NCBI GenBank assembly: GCA_030826765.1
Contig: JAUUDM010000016.1
Coordinates: 4,070 to 68,069 of the forward strand
DNA: 64,000 nucleotides
Source: Nautiliales bacterium
GTDB lineage: Bacteria; Campylobacterota; Campylobacteria; Campylobacterales; JAADDX01
Direction of reading: 5' to 3'
Shown here: positions 33,699-44,322 of the stretch, one piece after another
Layout: the number at the start of each line of letters is the position of its first letter
Numbering within the stretch: position 1 is the first letter of the stretch
Notes under the pieces: model-generated
Database searches by the model: none
What the model was told of the DNA's origin: nothing
Seen by the model: only the letters and a program-made list of their open reading frames with translations
Position numbers and translations under genes: made by a program

Positions 33699-34870
33699 TT
33701 TAAATCAACCCTTTTACTAATCATTAAAACCATTCCACACGCTATACTAAAAGCAAGCATTGAACTACCACCATAACTTACAAAAGGGATAGGAAGACCT
33801 TTTAATGGTAAAATTCCTATAATTCCAAGTATATTAAGTAAAGTTTCAAACCCTATCAAAACTCCAATTCCAACACAAAAAAGTTGATAAACATAATCGA
33901 TTAGTCTTTTTGTTTGAATATGATTTGCAATTTTAAAAATTCTCCATATTAAAAGAGCTATTAAAATAAGTACAAGCATAACTCCTAAAAACCCAGTTTC
34001 TTCCGCAATTCCCGATAATACAAAATCTGTATGAACATCACTTAAAAATCCCATTTTAAGTTGACCATTTCCAATGCCTACACCAAAAAATCCACCATTA
34101 TGAATAGCATTTATACTTTGTCTAAGTTGATAAGAGATATCATAACTTGTAATATTTACATTAAACCATTTTTGCATAGATTCAGGAAGCATTAAATATA
34201 TATTATATAAAGCACTTTTAAATCTTTCTAAACGATATGATTTATGTGCTACACCAACTACAAATAAAATTCCTCCTATCAAAATTAATGCACCAAAAGT
34301 TTTAGGAGAAACTTTTGTAAATAGAAGCATAATAGTAAATATCATTAAAATAAGCAGAGTTTCACCTAGATCACTTTGAAATATAATGGTAACTATGGCT
34401 ACTACAGTTAATAAAAACAGGTATGGCCATATAGCCATAAATTCTTCTTTAAATGAATTAAAATGTTTTGGAAGTAATTTTCTTGAAAAACTCCAGGCAA
34501 AAAAGAAAATAAGACCAACTTTGAAAAATTCTAAAGGAGATATTCTAATAATTCCTAAGCTAATCCATCTTCTTGCCCCTTTAATTACAGGACAAATAGA
34601 CTCTGGTAGTTTAGGCATAATAAGAATAGTAATAAATCCTCCAAAAAATAGAGTCCAACCTAAAATTTTAAAAACTTTATCTGGATTAAGCTGTGCAAGT
34701 ATCATCATAATGATGATTCCTACGCTGGCAAAAGTTATATATCTTAGAAAAAAATGCCACTCTCCATAATTATATTTTGTTTCAATATAAATAGGTAAAG
34801 AATAACTAAAAACAGCACCTATAGACATTAGTGCGATAACAATGATAAATATCCATTTATCAGCAGCCAT
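33695..34870 (-). CDS. ftsW: SEDS-family peptidoglycan glycosyltransferase FtsW/RodA (FtsW by murG linkage)
   Basis: 391 aa and polytopic. SEDS pattern SDLGETLLI...HTDFVLSGIAEETGFLG...LPLKGLPIPFVSYGGSS. Confidence 0.85.
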   Translation of the reverse strand: MAADKWIFIIVIALMSIGAVFSYSLPIYIETKYNYGEWHFFLRYITFASVGIIIMMILAQLNPDKVFKILGWTLFFGGFITILIMPKLPESICPVIKGARRWISLGIIRISPLEFFKVGLIFFFAWSFSRKLLPKHFNSFKEEFMAIWPYLFLLTVVAIVTIIFQSDLGETLLILMIFTIMLLFTKVSPKTFGALILIGGILFVVGVAHKSYRLERFKSALYNIYLMLPESMQKWFNVNITSYDISYQLRQSINAIHNGGFFGVGIGNGQLKMGFLSDVHTDFVLSGIAEETGFLGVMLVLILIALLIWRIFKIANHIQTKRLIDYVYQLFCVGIGVLIGFETLLNILGIIGILPLKGLPIPFVSYGGSSMLAFSIACGMVLMISKRVDLK

Positions 34871-35406
34871 TATTTAGCACTTTTTGGAATATATTTTTTT
34901 AATTTTTCTGTCAAAAAGGCAGCTTTATTTGGGTCCATTTTTGCAAAAATTTTGGATAAAACTTTTGGTGAAAGTTTAGATAAAATTTCAAGTGAAGTGT
35001 TTGTATCCATATTAGAAATAATATTAGCGGCATTTCCTGCTCTCATTTTTGAATAACTTTGCACAAGTTTTGAAGCGGTTGCATCATTGATTTGTTTAAG
35101 AATTTGTTGATATTTTTTGAGTATTGCTTCATTTTCTTTTTTTGTATCTTCAATTTTTTTTAGTGTATTATTTATTTCTTGTTGTTTTTTATTTATTTTA
35201 GCTTCTTTCTTTTTGAGTATGTTCATAGAGGCATCTTTTAATGCTTGAAATGCTTGTTTTTGTTCTTCAATTTGTTCTAATTTCATCTCAAGTTCGCCTC
35301 TTCTTTGGTCAAAAATTTTATAACAATCTACTAATTTTGCTTCTTTATTTGCATTATTGGCAAATAGTAATATAAAAAATATAAATGGTATAAATAAAGT
35401 TTTCAT
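34870..35406 (-). CDS. Exported coiled-coil protein with an MgtE-N/MotE-like C-terminal domain (flagellum-associated family)
   Basis: Signal-like N-terminus, a long coiled coil, and a C-terminal AGNAANIISNMDTNTSLEILSKLSPKVLSKIFAKMDPNKAA (MgtE-N-type repeat). Overlaps the FliJ-like ORF. Confidence 0.45.
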   Translation of the reverse strand: MKTLFIPFIFFILLFANNANKEAKLVDCYKIFDQRRGELEMKLEQIEEQKQAFQALKDASMNILKKKEAKINKKQQEINNTLKKIEDTKKENEAILKKYQQILKQINDATASKLVQSYSKMRAGNAANIISNMDTNTSLEILSKLSPKVLSKIFAKMDPNKAAFLTEKLKKYIPKSAK

Positions 35407-35825
35407 TTTTGTCCTTTAAATAGCATTAGAGCAATTTCATCCATATTTTTAGCTTCTTCTTTTTTTAGTTTATTTATTATTTTTTTAATCTCTTCACCTT
35501 GAAGATATTTCATTTTTTCATATTCTATTTCTTTATCTTTTAATTGTGCATTTAAAAGATTTTTTTGATTTTCTAAAAATTTAATTTCTTCTTTTTTTAA
35601 ATTAATTTGATTTAAAAGAGCATTTTGCATCATTTTAATTTGTGTAATCATAGAAAAATTGCCACTTTTTGGATATTCTATTTTGTTAAACTCTTCATTT
35701 AATGCAATTAACTCTTGATTTGCTTTTGCAATTTTACCATTTTGTTTAATTATTTCTCTTGTAAGTTTATCAACATCCAATTTTTTTAATTTGACTAATG
35801 CATCAAACTTAGTTTTTACCACCAA
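35403..35825 (-). CDS. fliJ: FliJ-like flagellar export chaperone (coiled coil)
   Basis: 140-aa two-helix coiled coil. The C-terminal KKEEAKNMDEIAL resembles the FliJ E-x-K-x-x-DE-x-A signature. Confidence 0.5.
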   Translation of the reverse strand: MVVKTKFDALVKLKKLDVDKLTREIIKQNGKIAKANQELIALNEEFNKIEYPKSGNFSMITQIKMMQNALLNQINLKKEEIKFLENQKNLLNAQLKDKEIEYEKMKYLQGEEIKKIINKLKKEEAKNMDEIALMLFKGQK

Positions 35826-36415
35826 CTTCCAATCTCGTTATTTATGTTGTTTGGTTGTTTTTTAAACATATTATAAATATATCTTGCAAACATATCTGTT
35901 TCAATATTCACTCTTTGATGAATTTTATATTTTTTAAATAGAGTGTTTTCAAATGTGTGTGGAATAATTGTAAGTCTAAATCTATCACTCCAAACATCAT
36001 TTACAGTTAAACTAACTCCATCAATGGCAATGCTACCTTTGTTTATTATAAATTTTATAAATTCAGTAGGTACTTTTATTACTACATCATAAGAGTTGCT
36101 ATTTTTTTTAATTTTTAAAATTTCACCAATACAATCAATATGACCTTGAACTAAATGACCATCAACTCTATCACTTAATTTCATAGCTGGTTCGATATGT
36201 ACTTGATTTTTATAATTTTCTATTGCTATTTTATCCTGAGTTTCAGGAGATAATTCTACTTCAAAACCATCATTATAAATTTTAGTTGCTGTTAAACAAA
36301 CCCCGTTTACAGCTACACTATCGCCAATATTTGGAATATAGTTTGATTTTAGTGTAAGTTTGTTGTTGCTAAAACTTTTTACTTTTGCTATTTCTCTAAT
36401 AAGACCATTAAACAT
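35816..36415 (-). CDS. ribE: Riboflavin synthase (alpha chain)
   Basis: MFNGLIREIAKV..., a duplicated lumazine-binding repeat (GDSVAVNGVCLT / GSIAIDGVSLT). I place the start at Met6 of the ORF in the ORF track. Confidence 0.9.
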   Translation of the reverse strand: MFNGLIREIAKVKSFSNNKLTLKSNYIPNIGDSVAVNGVCLTATKIYNDGFEVELSPETQDKIAIENYKNQVHIEPAMKLSDRVDGHLVQGHIDCIGEILKIKKNSNSYDVVIKVPTEFIKFIINKGSIAIDGVSLTVNDVWSDRFRLTIIPHTFENTLFKKYKIHQRVNIETDMFARYIYNMFKKQPNNINNEIGSWW

Positions 36416-37337
36416 TAAAAAACCCTTCAATTAGCTTTAGCATCTCTTCATATTTTTCAGTTTTATTTACTTTATCTCTAAATTCGCCTGCATTTTGATA
36501 TCCTTTTGAATAAGTATGTAAATGCTTTCTAAATAAGATTATACCAAAATCACCATACCATTCATACATCGCTTGAAAATGCTCTAAAATAACTTCTTTT
36601 TTTTCTTTTTCTGTGATTGATTTTTGCTCTTTTATCTCTTTAAAAATCCAAGGTTTTCCAATTGCCCCTCGACCAATCATAACTCCATCACATTTTGTAT
36701 ATTCTAAAACCCATTTTGCTTTTTGATAACTATCAATATTTCCATTGGCTAAAACAGGAATTTTTAGAAATGATTTTATTTTTGCAATTTCTTCGTAATT
36801 TGTTTCACCAGTATAAAGTTGTTTTACAGTTCTACCGTGAACGGTAAGCATATCAGCTCCACTTTGTTCAATTAATTTTGCTCGTTCAACCCCATTTATA
36901 TCATCAAAACCAATTCTCATTTTTACTGAAAAAAACTTTTTATTATGTGTTTTTGCTATAGTTTCGATAATTTTTGCAAGATTTTCAGGTTCATTTAGTA
37001 AATTCCCACCATAACCACTTTTAATAGCTTTTTTTACAGGACATCCTACATTTAAGTCAATTCCATCAATAAAATCATACTCATTTAAAATTTCTACTGC
37101 TTTTTTAGCAATTTCTGGATTTTGTGCAGCAATTTGTACGGAATAGGGAGTTTCGTTTTCATTTTTTGTAAGCATTTTTAGAGTTTTTTCATTTTTAAAA
37201 GCAATAGCATTTGCATTTATCATTTCACTTATAGTCCAGTCAGCTGAATACTTTTTTACCACTTTTCTAAAAGGTAAATCAGTATAACCAGCTAATGGAG
37301 CAAGAGCGATTATAGGAAATTTAAAAATATCTTGCAT
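36408..37337 (-). CDS. tRNA-dihydrouridine synthase
   Basis: LAPLAGYTDLPFR, GIDLNVGCP, and the TVHGRT motif. TIM-barrel flavoenzyme pattern. Confidence 0.9.
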   Translation of the reverse strand: MQDIFKFPIIALAPLAGYTDLPFRKVVKKYSADWTISEMINANAIAFKNEKTLKMLTKNENETPYSVQIAAQNPEIAKKAVEILNEYDFIDGIDLNVGCPVKKAIKSGYGGNLLNEPENLAKIIETIAKTHNKKFFSVKMRIGFDDINGVERAKLIEQSGADMLTVHGRTVKQLYTGETNYEEIAKIKSFLKIPVLANGNIDSYQKAKWVLEYTKCDGVMIGRGAIGKPWIFKEIKEQKSITEKEKKEVILEHFQAMYEWYGDFGIILFRKHLHTYSKGYQNAGEFRDKVNKTEKYEEMLKLIEGFFNV

Positions 37338-38238
37338 TTAAAAAGTCATCTAATTTAATATTTTTTTCTTTTAAATCTAAATAATATTCAAAAAATTTAA
37401 TGTCGTTCTCTTTTATTAACTCTCTTGCTTTATCAATCATTTCATATTTAATAAGTAAATAAACATAAGGAACTATTTTTTTCTCAAATAAACTTATTAC
37501 ATTTTCAGGATTATTTTCTTCTTTTAAGTATAAAGCTTTTGCAATTTTGATATATTCATCACTTGTTAAATTTGATTTTTCTATTAATTCTTTAAGTCTT
37601 GGGCTTTCTAAATTGTTTAAAATAGTTTCTTTATAGATTGGATAATTATTTGCAAGGATTTCATTTACCTCTGCTTTTTTAGCTAAAAGGGATAGGGCTT
37701 TTTCTTTTAAAGATTCTATTTTTAGGGCTTCTTTAGCTGCAGATAAATCTTCATTGTTTATTCTATTTTCTAAATTTTTAATTACCCAAGGATTATTTGA
37801 AGAAAATTTATATTTTGTTAAATCAACTATTTCACCATTTTGAAGTTTTTCTAAATCCTGCATAAATTTAAAAGTTTCACTTTTTTTAGGTTTTATTTCT
37901 AAACCTTCTACCATATCAATAAATTCTTCTAACTCTTTTAAGATTTTTACAGGTAGTTTTTTATCTTTAAATAAAATTTTATTTTCTATATTCTTAATTA
38001 TATTTATTTTATCTTTGTGAATATTCTTTTCAAATATGAAGCTCTTATATTTTATAATAGCAAAATATATTACTGATATTAAATATAACATAAATACAAA
38101 TATCATAGACCATACGGCATTATAAAGTGTTATATTTACTCCTAATATATTAAATGTGGTAGATGAATCTGTATTCATATAAGTTAATAGCCCTATAATT
38201 GCAATAAATATAAAAGATATTATTGTGTATTTTTTCAT
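37321..38238 (-). CDS. Hypothetical membrane protein (two N-terminal TM helices plus a helical cytoplasmic or periplasmic domain)
   Basis: 305-aa ORF in an operon context. I recognise no motif. Confidence 0.5.
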   Translation of the reverse strand: MKKYTIISFIFIAIIGLLTYMNTDSSTTFNILGVNITLYNAVWSMIFVFMLYLISVIYFAIIKYKSFIFEKNIHKDKINIIKNIENKILFKDKKLPVKILKELEEFIDMVEGLEIKPKKSETFKFMQDLEKLQNGEIVDLTKYKFSSNNPWVIKNLENRINNEDLSAAKEALKIESLKEKALSLLAKKAEVNEILANNYPIYKETILNNLESPRLKELIEKSNLTSDEYIKIAKALYLKEENNPENVISLFEKKIVPYVYLLIKYEMIDKARELIKENDIKFFEYYLDLKEKNIKLDDFLNARYF

Positions 38239-38247
38239 TTTAGTCCC

Positions 38248-38592
38248 TTATTTTTCTTTTTCTATAATTTCCCTACAATCTATACAGTATTTAGCAAAAG
38301 GTTTGATTTTTAATCTTTCAGGATTAATTTCTTCTTCACACATTTTACAAATACCATAAGTTCCTTTATCAATTGCAAGTAATGCTTCTTCTATCTCTTT
38401 TAACTCTTTAAGTTGTTGTTTATAAATTAGATAATTATTTTCGCTATTTGTGCTACAAGCAGCAAAATCACCATCTTCTTTTATATCACAACCATTTACA
38501 CTTTGTAGTTCATTTTCTAAATTTTTTATAATCTTTTCTATCTCTTTTTTTCTGTTTAATAGTAATTCTTTATATTCACTATTTTGAGTCAT
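38248..38592 (-). CDS. DksA/TraR-family C4 zinc-finger protein
   Basis: Coiled-coil N-terminus plus CKMCEEEI...x...CIDC (a four-Cys finger). Confidence 0.8.
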   Translation of the reverse strand: MTQNSEYKELLLNRKKEIEKIIKNLENELQSVNGCDIKEDGDFAACSTNSENNYLIYKQQLKELKEIEEALLAIDKGTYGICKMCEEEINPERLKIKPFAKYCIDCREIIEKEK

Positions 38593-38601
38593 TTAATTCC
38601 T

Positions 38602-39036
38602 TTATTTATGATATGGATGATTATGATTTATAGCAAGTCCTCTAAAAACTTGCTCAAAAAGCATAATTTTCGCAATTTTATGACTTAAAGTAAGAGGTGT
38701 GAGTGATAATTTTATATCACATCTATTTTTAAATTCTTCTTCTAAGCCATATGCTCCACCAATAAAAAAGTTTACAGTTGTTTTATCTTCTAAAAGTTTA
38801 GCAAATTTAAAACTGTCAACTAATTTACCTTCTGGAGTAAGCGCGATATTATACCCATTTGTAAGGAATTTTTCAAATGCTTCACTGTAACTTTTAGGAG
38901 TATTGTTTTTTGCTATATTTTTATTAAAAATTGTTATATTTTTTATATCTGCAAATTGACGAGATTGTTTTACAAAATTATCTATTATTGGTTTATAATC
39001 CTCTTTTTTTTCTATTGAGTAGATATTAACTTGCAT
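38602..39036 (-). CDS. rlmH: 23S rRNA (pseudouridine1915-N3)-methyltransferase RlmH (SPOUT family)
   Basis: 144 aa. FFIGGAYGL..., LSLTPLTLSH, and a C-terminal HPYHK. Confidence 0.9.
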   Translation of the reverse strand: MQVNIYSIEKKEDYKPIIDNFVKQSRQFADIKNITIFNKNIAKNNTPKSYSEAFEKFLTNGYNIALTPEGKLVDSFKFAKLLEDKTTVNFFIGGAYGLEEEFKNRCDIKLSLTPLTLSHKIAKIMLFEQVFRGLAINHNHPYHK

Positions 39037-39575
39037 ATATCACTTCCTATGACTTTATATTTTACATTTGGTATATTATCATCAAGTCTTACTCCACCAA
39101 TCATAGCTACATCTTTATTTGAAAGTTTAGCTATTTGAATAAGTTTTTCACCACCAATACTTTTGACATCTTTTGTATTTGTAGCCCGATAAGCACCTAA
39201 TCCAATATAATCTATATTTAATTTATTAGCTTCTAAGATTTCTTTTTCATTATGAGTAGAAAGTCCTAAAATTTTATTTCCAATTTTTTTACGAATATTT
39301 TCAATTGATTGATGTTTGTCTAAATCCTCTTGCCCGATATGAAGTCCATCAGCATACTCAATTAATTCTACATAATCATTTATTATGAGAGTTTTATTCC
39401 ATAATTTTCTAATTTTTTTGAGTTTTTGTTCAATATCTTTTATGTCTGAATTTTTATCACGATATTGAATAATTTTAACATCTAATTCATAACATTTATT
39501 GATAAATGATTCAATTGTTATATTATATTTTTGAATTAAATCAAAATCAAGCAATGCATAAATCATAAATGACAT
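39012..39575 (-). CDS. thiE: Thiamine-phosphate synthase
   Basis: IIQYRDK, INDYVEL...ADGLHIGQEDL, LGLSTH and GLGAYRATNTK motifs. Confidence 0.8.
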   Translation of the reverse strand: MSFMIYALLDFDLIQKYNITIESFINKCYELDVKIIQYRDKNSDIKDIEQKLKKIRKLWNKTLIINDYVELIEYADGLHIGQEDLDKHQSIENIRKKIGNKILGLSTHNEKEILEANKLNIDYIGLGAYRATNTKDVKSIGGEKLIQIAKLSNKDVAMIGGVRLDDNIPNVKYKVIGSDICKLISTQ

Positions 39576-40432
39576 ACTTTGTTTGAATTTGTTCCAGATA
39601 AAACTAGTAAATCTGCAATTGTTTTTTTAAGATTATCTCTTTTTACTATCATATCAATAAGCCCGTGTTCAAGCAAAAATTCTGCTCTTTGAAAACCTTC
39701 TGGAAGTTCTTCACCAATAGTTTGTTTGATAACTCTTGCACCTGCAAAACCAATCATTGCTCCCGGTTCAGCTAAAATAAAATCACCTAAAAATGCAAAA
39801 CTTGCACTTACTCCACCCATTGTTGGGTCAGTTAAAAGTGAAATATAAGGAAGTTTTGCATCAGAAAGACTTGCTAATGCAACAGATGTTTTTGCCATTT
39901 GCATAAGTGAGAATGTAGATTCTTGCATTCTAGCACCTCCACTGGCACTAACAATTACAAGTCCACATTTTTTTTCTAAGGCTCTATTTACTGCACGCAC
40001 AATTTTTTCACCTTCAACAGACGACAAACTTCCACCCATAAAAGCAAAATCAAATACTACAAGTTCAGTTAAAACTCCACCAATTTCACATTCACCACTT
40101 ATTACAGATGATTTTCTACCTGTTTTTTTATAGTTTTCTTCTACTCTTTTTTGATAGCTTTTTTTATCTACAAAATGAAGTGGATCAATTGGTTCAAGAT
40201 TTGCATCAAACTCTTTAAATGTATCTTTATCTGCTAGTAAATTAATTCTATCAGTTGCACTCATTCTAAAGTGATATCCACATTTAGGACAAGTGTTATT
40301 TTGTTTCATAACTTCCTTATAAAAACTTAAAGCTCCACAGCTATGGCATTTTATCCAATGTTTTGGCGCTTCTTCTTTTGACGGTTGCGGTTTTTTGTTT
40401 GTAAATTTATTCAAGAAATTTTTCCATCCCAT
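39563..40432 (-). CDS. accD: Acetyl-CoA carboxylase carboxyltransferase beta subunit
   Basis: N-terminal zinc ribbon CHSCGALSF...CPKCGYH, then the carboxyltransferase core FAFMGGSLSSVEGEK...SASGGARMQE. Confidence 0.95.
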   Translation of the reverse strand: MGWKNFLNKFTNKKPQPSKEEAPKHWIKCHSCGALSFYKEVMKQNNTCPKCGYHFRMSATDRINLLADKDTFKEFDANLEPIDPLHFVDKKSYQKRVEENYKKTGRKSSVISGECEIGGVLTELVVFDFAFMGGSLSSVEGEKIVRAVNRALEKKCGLVIVSASGGARMQESTFSLMQMAKTSVALASLSDAKLPYISLLTDPTMGGVSASFAFLGDFILAEPGAMIGFAGARVIKQTIGEELPEGFQRAEFLLEHGLIDMIVKRDNLKKTIADLLVLSGTNSNKVCHL

Positions 40433-40435
40433 TTT

Positions 40436-41143
40436 TTATCCTTTAAAAAGTATATTAGAAAGTTTATTAAAATCTTTTTTTCTTTTTGCTACTAATATAA
40501 TATCATTTTTTATTTTGATATTTAAATGAGCATTAAAATGTAATCCTGCGGCAATATCAAATTCCCTAATATCACCTTTGAAAATTACCGCTTTACATCT
40601 ATGAGCTAGTGCTAAAGATAAAGCTAATGCTCCAGGAGAGCGATATTTGATGTTGTTGTTTGCTAACTTTTGGCAGATATCAATATTTGCATATGCTTTT
40701 TCAAATAAAATCATTTCATTAATTGAAGAAGTTACTTTTTTATTGTAAAAAATATTATTTTCAATTCTTGTTTTTTTGCTTTTATAAAAATAATCTCCTG
40801 TAGCTAAATTTATAATAAAAGATTTAATAATTTTTCCATTTTTTTTGACTGCTATACTGCTTCCATAATAAGGAAAAGCATTTGAAATATTAAAACTTCC
40901 ATCAATTGGGTCAATAATAAAAGTTATTTCTTTTTTATTATCAATAAGTCCACATTCTTCAGAGTAGATATTTCCTTGTTTTGAGAAGTGTTTTATAAAA
41001 ATTTGTTCAGCTAAAAGATCGATATTCATAGAAATATCGCCACCAAAACCTTTTTGGGTTTTATCAAAAATAGATTTATTACTGCTATGAATTAATTTTA
41101 TTATCTCTTTGCTGGCATTTTTACAATTTTTTAAAAATTTCAT
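40436..41143 (-). CDS. Inositol monophosphatase/FBPase-superfamily phosphatase
   Basis: SEECG...IIDPIDGSFN...YGSSIAV pattern. Confidence 0.7.
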   Translation of the reverse strand: MKFLKNCKNASKEIIKLIHSSNKSIFDKTQKGFGGDISMNIDLLAEQIFIKHFSKQGNIYSEECGLIDNKKEITFIIDPIDGSFNISNAFPYYGSSIAVKKNGKIIKSFIINLATGDYFYKSKKTRIENNIFYNKKVTSSINEMILFEKAYANIDICQKLANNNIKYRSPGALALSLALAHRCKAVIFKGDIREFDIAAGLHFNAHLNIKIKNDIILVAKRKKDFNKLSNILFKG

Positions 41144-41889
41144 TATCTAAATATACTTCCTCTATCTTTTATTTCATTCATATTTTTATCATAAAAACTT
41201 GGAGTTCCCTTCGCACCTAATTCATTAGCCGCTTTTTCAGATTTTGAGATTATTTTATCAATATTTTCTTTTTCTTTAGCAGTTGGTGTGAATTTTGAGT
41301 AAGTATTTCCACCATTTAATGTTTCTTTAAATCTTTTTGCTTTTTCTTTATCATTTTTTGCACTTAAAATATAATAAATCATAGCTTTTGAGTGTTTATG
41401 AAAAGCTAAAGGTAAGAAAATCACGTGAATTGTATATTTATCTGCAAGATGTGATTGTTCTGCTAATTTTTCAAATCTTTGACAGAATGGACACTCTGGG
41501 TCAGTTACTACATATAAATCTTTATTTCCATGACCCATTGTAAATACAACACCATCTTTTACAGTCTGTTTATTTCCTGAAAATGGTTCTGCAGGATAAG
41601 TTGGTCTAATTATTTGTTTTGTTTGATTATTTAAAATATTTCCTAATATAGTATATTTTAAATTTTTTGTTATAAATAGATTTCCTTCACCTCTTTTATC
41701 ATAAACTGTAATTAAATAAAAATCTTTCTTTTCTTGACCTTTTACTTTAAGTCCTTTTTTTAGTTTAGGTGCAATTTGATTATAAATAGGTGATGATTTT
41801 AAAATTTTTAAAGCTTCATTTTGATTTAAAATTTTATCACTTGCAAAAAGCGATAATGTTAATAATCCAATCCCTAAAATTTTTTTCAT
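41143..41889 (-). CDS. Periplasmic thiol:disulfide interchange protein, DsbC/DsbG-like (thioredoxin fold, CPFC)
   Basis: Signal peptide [16 protein letters not shown] and the active site [11 protein letters not shown]. Confidence 0.65.
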   Translation of the reverse strand: MKKILGIGLLTLSLFASDKILNQNEALKILKSSPIYNQIAPKLKKGLKVKGQEKKDFYLITVYDKRGEGNLFITKNLKYTILGNILNNQTKQIIRPTYPAEPFSGNKQTVKDGVVFTMGHGNKDLYVVTDPECPFCQRFEKLAEQSHLADKYTIHVIFLPLAFHKHSKAMIYYILSAKNDKEKAKRFKETLNGGNTYSKFTPTAKEKENIDKIISKSEKAANELGAKGTPSFYDKNMNEIKDRGSIFR

Positions 41890-42581
41890 TTTGCTTCCTT
41901 TAATTTTTGTATAATTTTTTCAACTACTTCTTTTGGACTTTCTGCTTTATAAATAGGTCTTCCAACTACAATAAAATCAACTTTTGCATTTTTTGCAAAA
42001 TCAATATCGGCTACTCTTTGTTGGTCTCCACTATCTTCTCCAAATGGTCTAATTCCAGGCGTTAAAGTTATAAAGTTGTTATTTGTAATTTCTTTGATAT
42101 CTAAGCTTTCATATGCACTGCATACAACGCCATCAAGTCCAGCTTCATAGCTCATTTTAGCAAATTCACTGGCTTTTTGAGCTATTGGCGCTTCATAAAT
42201 TTCTTCAAAAGTTTTTTCATCAAAACTTGTAAGAGCGGTTACAGCTAAAACTAATGGTCTTTTTTTATATTTTGCAAGTCTCTCCATTATTGTTTTCATA
42301 GCCACTCTTCCGGCACTTGCGTGAATATTAAACATATCCACACCCATTTTTGCTATTTCTTCACTTGCATCAGCCATTGTATTTGGAATATCATAAAGTT
42401 TTAAATCTAAAAATATTTTAAATCCTAAATTTTGAAGCTCTTTTACAAACTCTTTTCCGTCACGAATATAACTTCTAAAACCAACTTTTAGCCAAATATC
42501 ATCACTAATTCCACAAATTTCCTTAGCTAATTGTAAATTTTCTTCTTTTGAAGGTAAATCAAGAGCTATACAAAGTTTCAT
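41886..42581 (-). CDS. pyrF: Orotidine 5'-phosphate decarboxylase
   Basis: [20 protein letters not shown], and VVGRPI. Confidence 0.9.
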   Translation of the reverse strand: MKLCIALDLPSKEENLQLAKEICGISDDIWLKVGFRSYIRDGKEFVKELQNLGFKIFLDLKLYDIPNTMADASEEIAKMGVDMFNIHASAGRVAMKTIMERLAKYKKRPLVLAVTALTSFDEKTFEEIYEAPIAQKASEFAKMSYEAGLDGVVCSAYESLDIKEITNNNFITLTPGIRPFGEDSGDQQRVADIDFAKNAKVDFIVVGRPIYKAESPKEVVEKIIQKLKEAK

Positions 42582-42985
42582 TTTTCTTTCTCTTTTGCTA
42601 TTTTGTCAAGCATACCGTTTATAAATTTTGTAGAGTTTTCACTACTTAAAAGTTTTGCTATTTCCACAGCTTCATTAATTACAACTTGATAAGCTAAATC
42701 TGTAAATAAAATTTCATAAACACCAAGTCTTAGAATTGCTTTATCAACTTGGTCAAGTCTTGAAAAGTCCCATTCTTTACTTAAATGAGCTTTTATTATT
42801 TCATCAATTTCTTCTAAATGATCTAAAACACCTTGAAAAAGTGAATCAGCAAATTCGTGCTTTGCACCTTTTATTTTTCTTTCATCTAAATATTCATCAG
42901 ATTGTTTAGTCATTCCTTCATTACCCAAATCAAGGGCATAAAGCATTTGAACGACTGCTGTTCTTGCTTGTGTTCTTGTTGCCAT
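42578..42985 (-). CDS. nusB: Transcription antitermination factor NusB
   Basis: 135 aa. [20 protein letters not shown]... and INEAVEIAK. Confidence 0.9.
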   Translation of the reverse strand: MATRTQARTAVVQMLYALDLGNEGMTKQSDEYLDERKIKGAKHEFADSLFQGVLDHLEEIDEIIKAHLSKEWDFSRLDQVDKAILRLGVYEILFTDLAYQVVINEAVEIAKLLSSENSTKFINGMLDKIAKEKEK

Positions 42986-43449
42986 TATATTACCTTATAA
43001 AGATTTATCATCTCAATCAAACCTGTCATTGCTTCAAAACCTTTGTTTCCAGCTTTTGTTCCAGCTCTTTCAATTGCCTGTTCGATTGTATCTGTTGTTA
43101 AAATTCCAAAAGTTACCGGAGTTGAATGTTTCATTGTAGCATTTGCAATTCCTTTTGTAGCTTCTGCACTTACATAATCAAAATGAGGAGTGGCACCTCT
43201 AATTACTGCACCAACTGTGCAAATTCCATCATATTTTTTACTTGCTAAAACTCTTTCAAGTGCAAACGGCACTTCAAATGCACCTGGAACTAAAATTAAA
43301 TCTAAATTGGATTCATCTCCACCGTGTCTTAAAAAGGCATCTTTTGCCCCTTCTACAAGTCTATCAGTGATTAGATGATTGAATCTTGCTGAAATTATTG
43401 CTATTTTTGCTTGTTTATCTAAACTTAAATTGCCTTCTATTATATTCAT
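42985..43449 (-). CDS. ribH: 6,7-dimethyl-8-ribityllumazine synthase
   Basis: [20 protein letters not shown]...VPGAFEVP...[14 protein letters not shown]. Confidence 0.95.
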   Translation of the reverse strand: MNIIEGNLSLDKQAKIAIISARFNHLITDRLVEGAKDAFLRHGGDESNLDLILVPGAFEVPFALERVLASKKYDGICTVGAVIRGATPHFDYVSAEATKGIANATMKHSTPVTFGILTTDTIEQAIERAGTKAGNKGFEAMTGLIEMINLYKVI

Positions 43450-43476
43450 ATAGTTAACCTTTTTTTTGAAATTATA

Positions 43477-44265
43477 TCAAATATTATTTCTTATTTTATC
43501 AATATCTCCAAGTAGAGTTTTCAAATCATCAAGCTGTAACATATTTGGTCCATCACTTAAAGCATTATCAGGGTCATAATGAGTTTCAAAGAAATATCCA
43601 TCTACACCGATTGCTGCTGCCGCTTTTGCAAGAGGGGCTACAAATTCTCTTTTTCCACTGCTTTTTCCATTAGCACCACCAGGCATTTGAACTGAATGAG
43701 TTACATCAAAAACAACTGGTGCAAATTTTCTCATAATTGGAAAACTTCTCATATCTACTACTAAATTTCCATATCCAAAAGTAGTTCCTCTTTCAGTTAG
43801 CCAAACTTTATGTTTTTTTGAATTTTCATAACTTACCTCATCACATCCACGAGTTTTAAGAACTTTTAAAACAGAATATTTCATATCTTCAGGGTTCATA
43901 AATTGTCCTTTTTTGATATTCACAATTTTATCTGTTTTAGCAGCTTCTACGAGTAAATCAGTTTGACGACATAAAAATGCTGGAATTTGTAAGACATCAA
44001 CTACTTGGGCTACTGGTTTTACTTGAATAGTTTCGTGAATATCTGTTAAAAGTTTATATCCAAATTCTTTTTTTACTTCTTCTAATATTTTAAGTCCTTC
44101 TTCAAGACCAGGACCTCTAAAACTATCTAAACTTGTTCTATTTGCTTTATCATAACTTGCTTTAAAATAAAATTCATATTTTTCATTTGCATAACTTAAA
44201 TTTTCAGCAATTCTCATAATCTGCTCACGACTTTCAATTACACAAGGTCCTGCAATTAATATCAT
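43477..44265 (-). CDS. kdsA: 3-deoxy-8-phosphooctulonate (KDO-8-P) synthase
   Basis: [35 protein letters not shown], and DVTHSVQ. Confidence 0.95.
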   Translation of the reverse strand: MILIAGPCVIESREQIMRIAENLSYANEKYEFYFKASYDKANRTSLDSFRGPGLEEGLKILEEVKKEFGYKLLTDIHETIQVKPVAQVVDVLQIPAFLCRQTDLLVEAAKTDKIVNIKKGQFMNPEDMKYSVLKVLKTRGCDEVSYENSKKHKVWLTERGTTFGYGNLVVDMRSFPIMRKFAPVVFDVTHSVQMPGGANGKSSGKREFVAPLAKAAAAIGVDGYFFETHYDPDNALSDGPNMLQLDDLKTLLGDIDKIRNNI

Positions 44266-44322
44266 TTATTTATCCTTTTTTTTGATACAATTATAGCAAA
44301 ATAAATTAAAAGGGTAATTTAT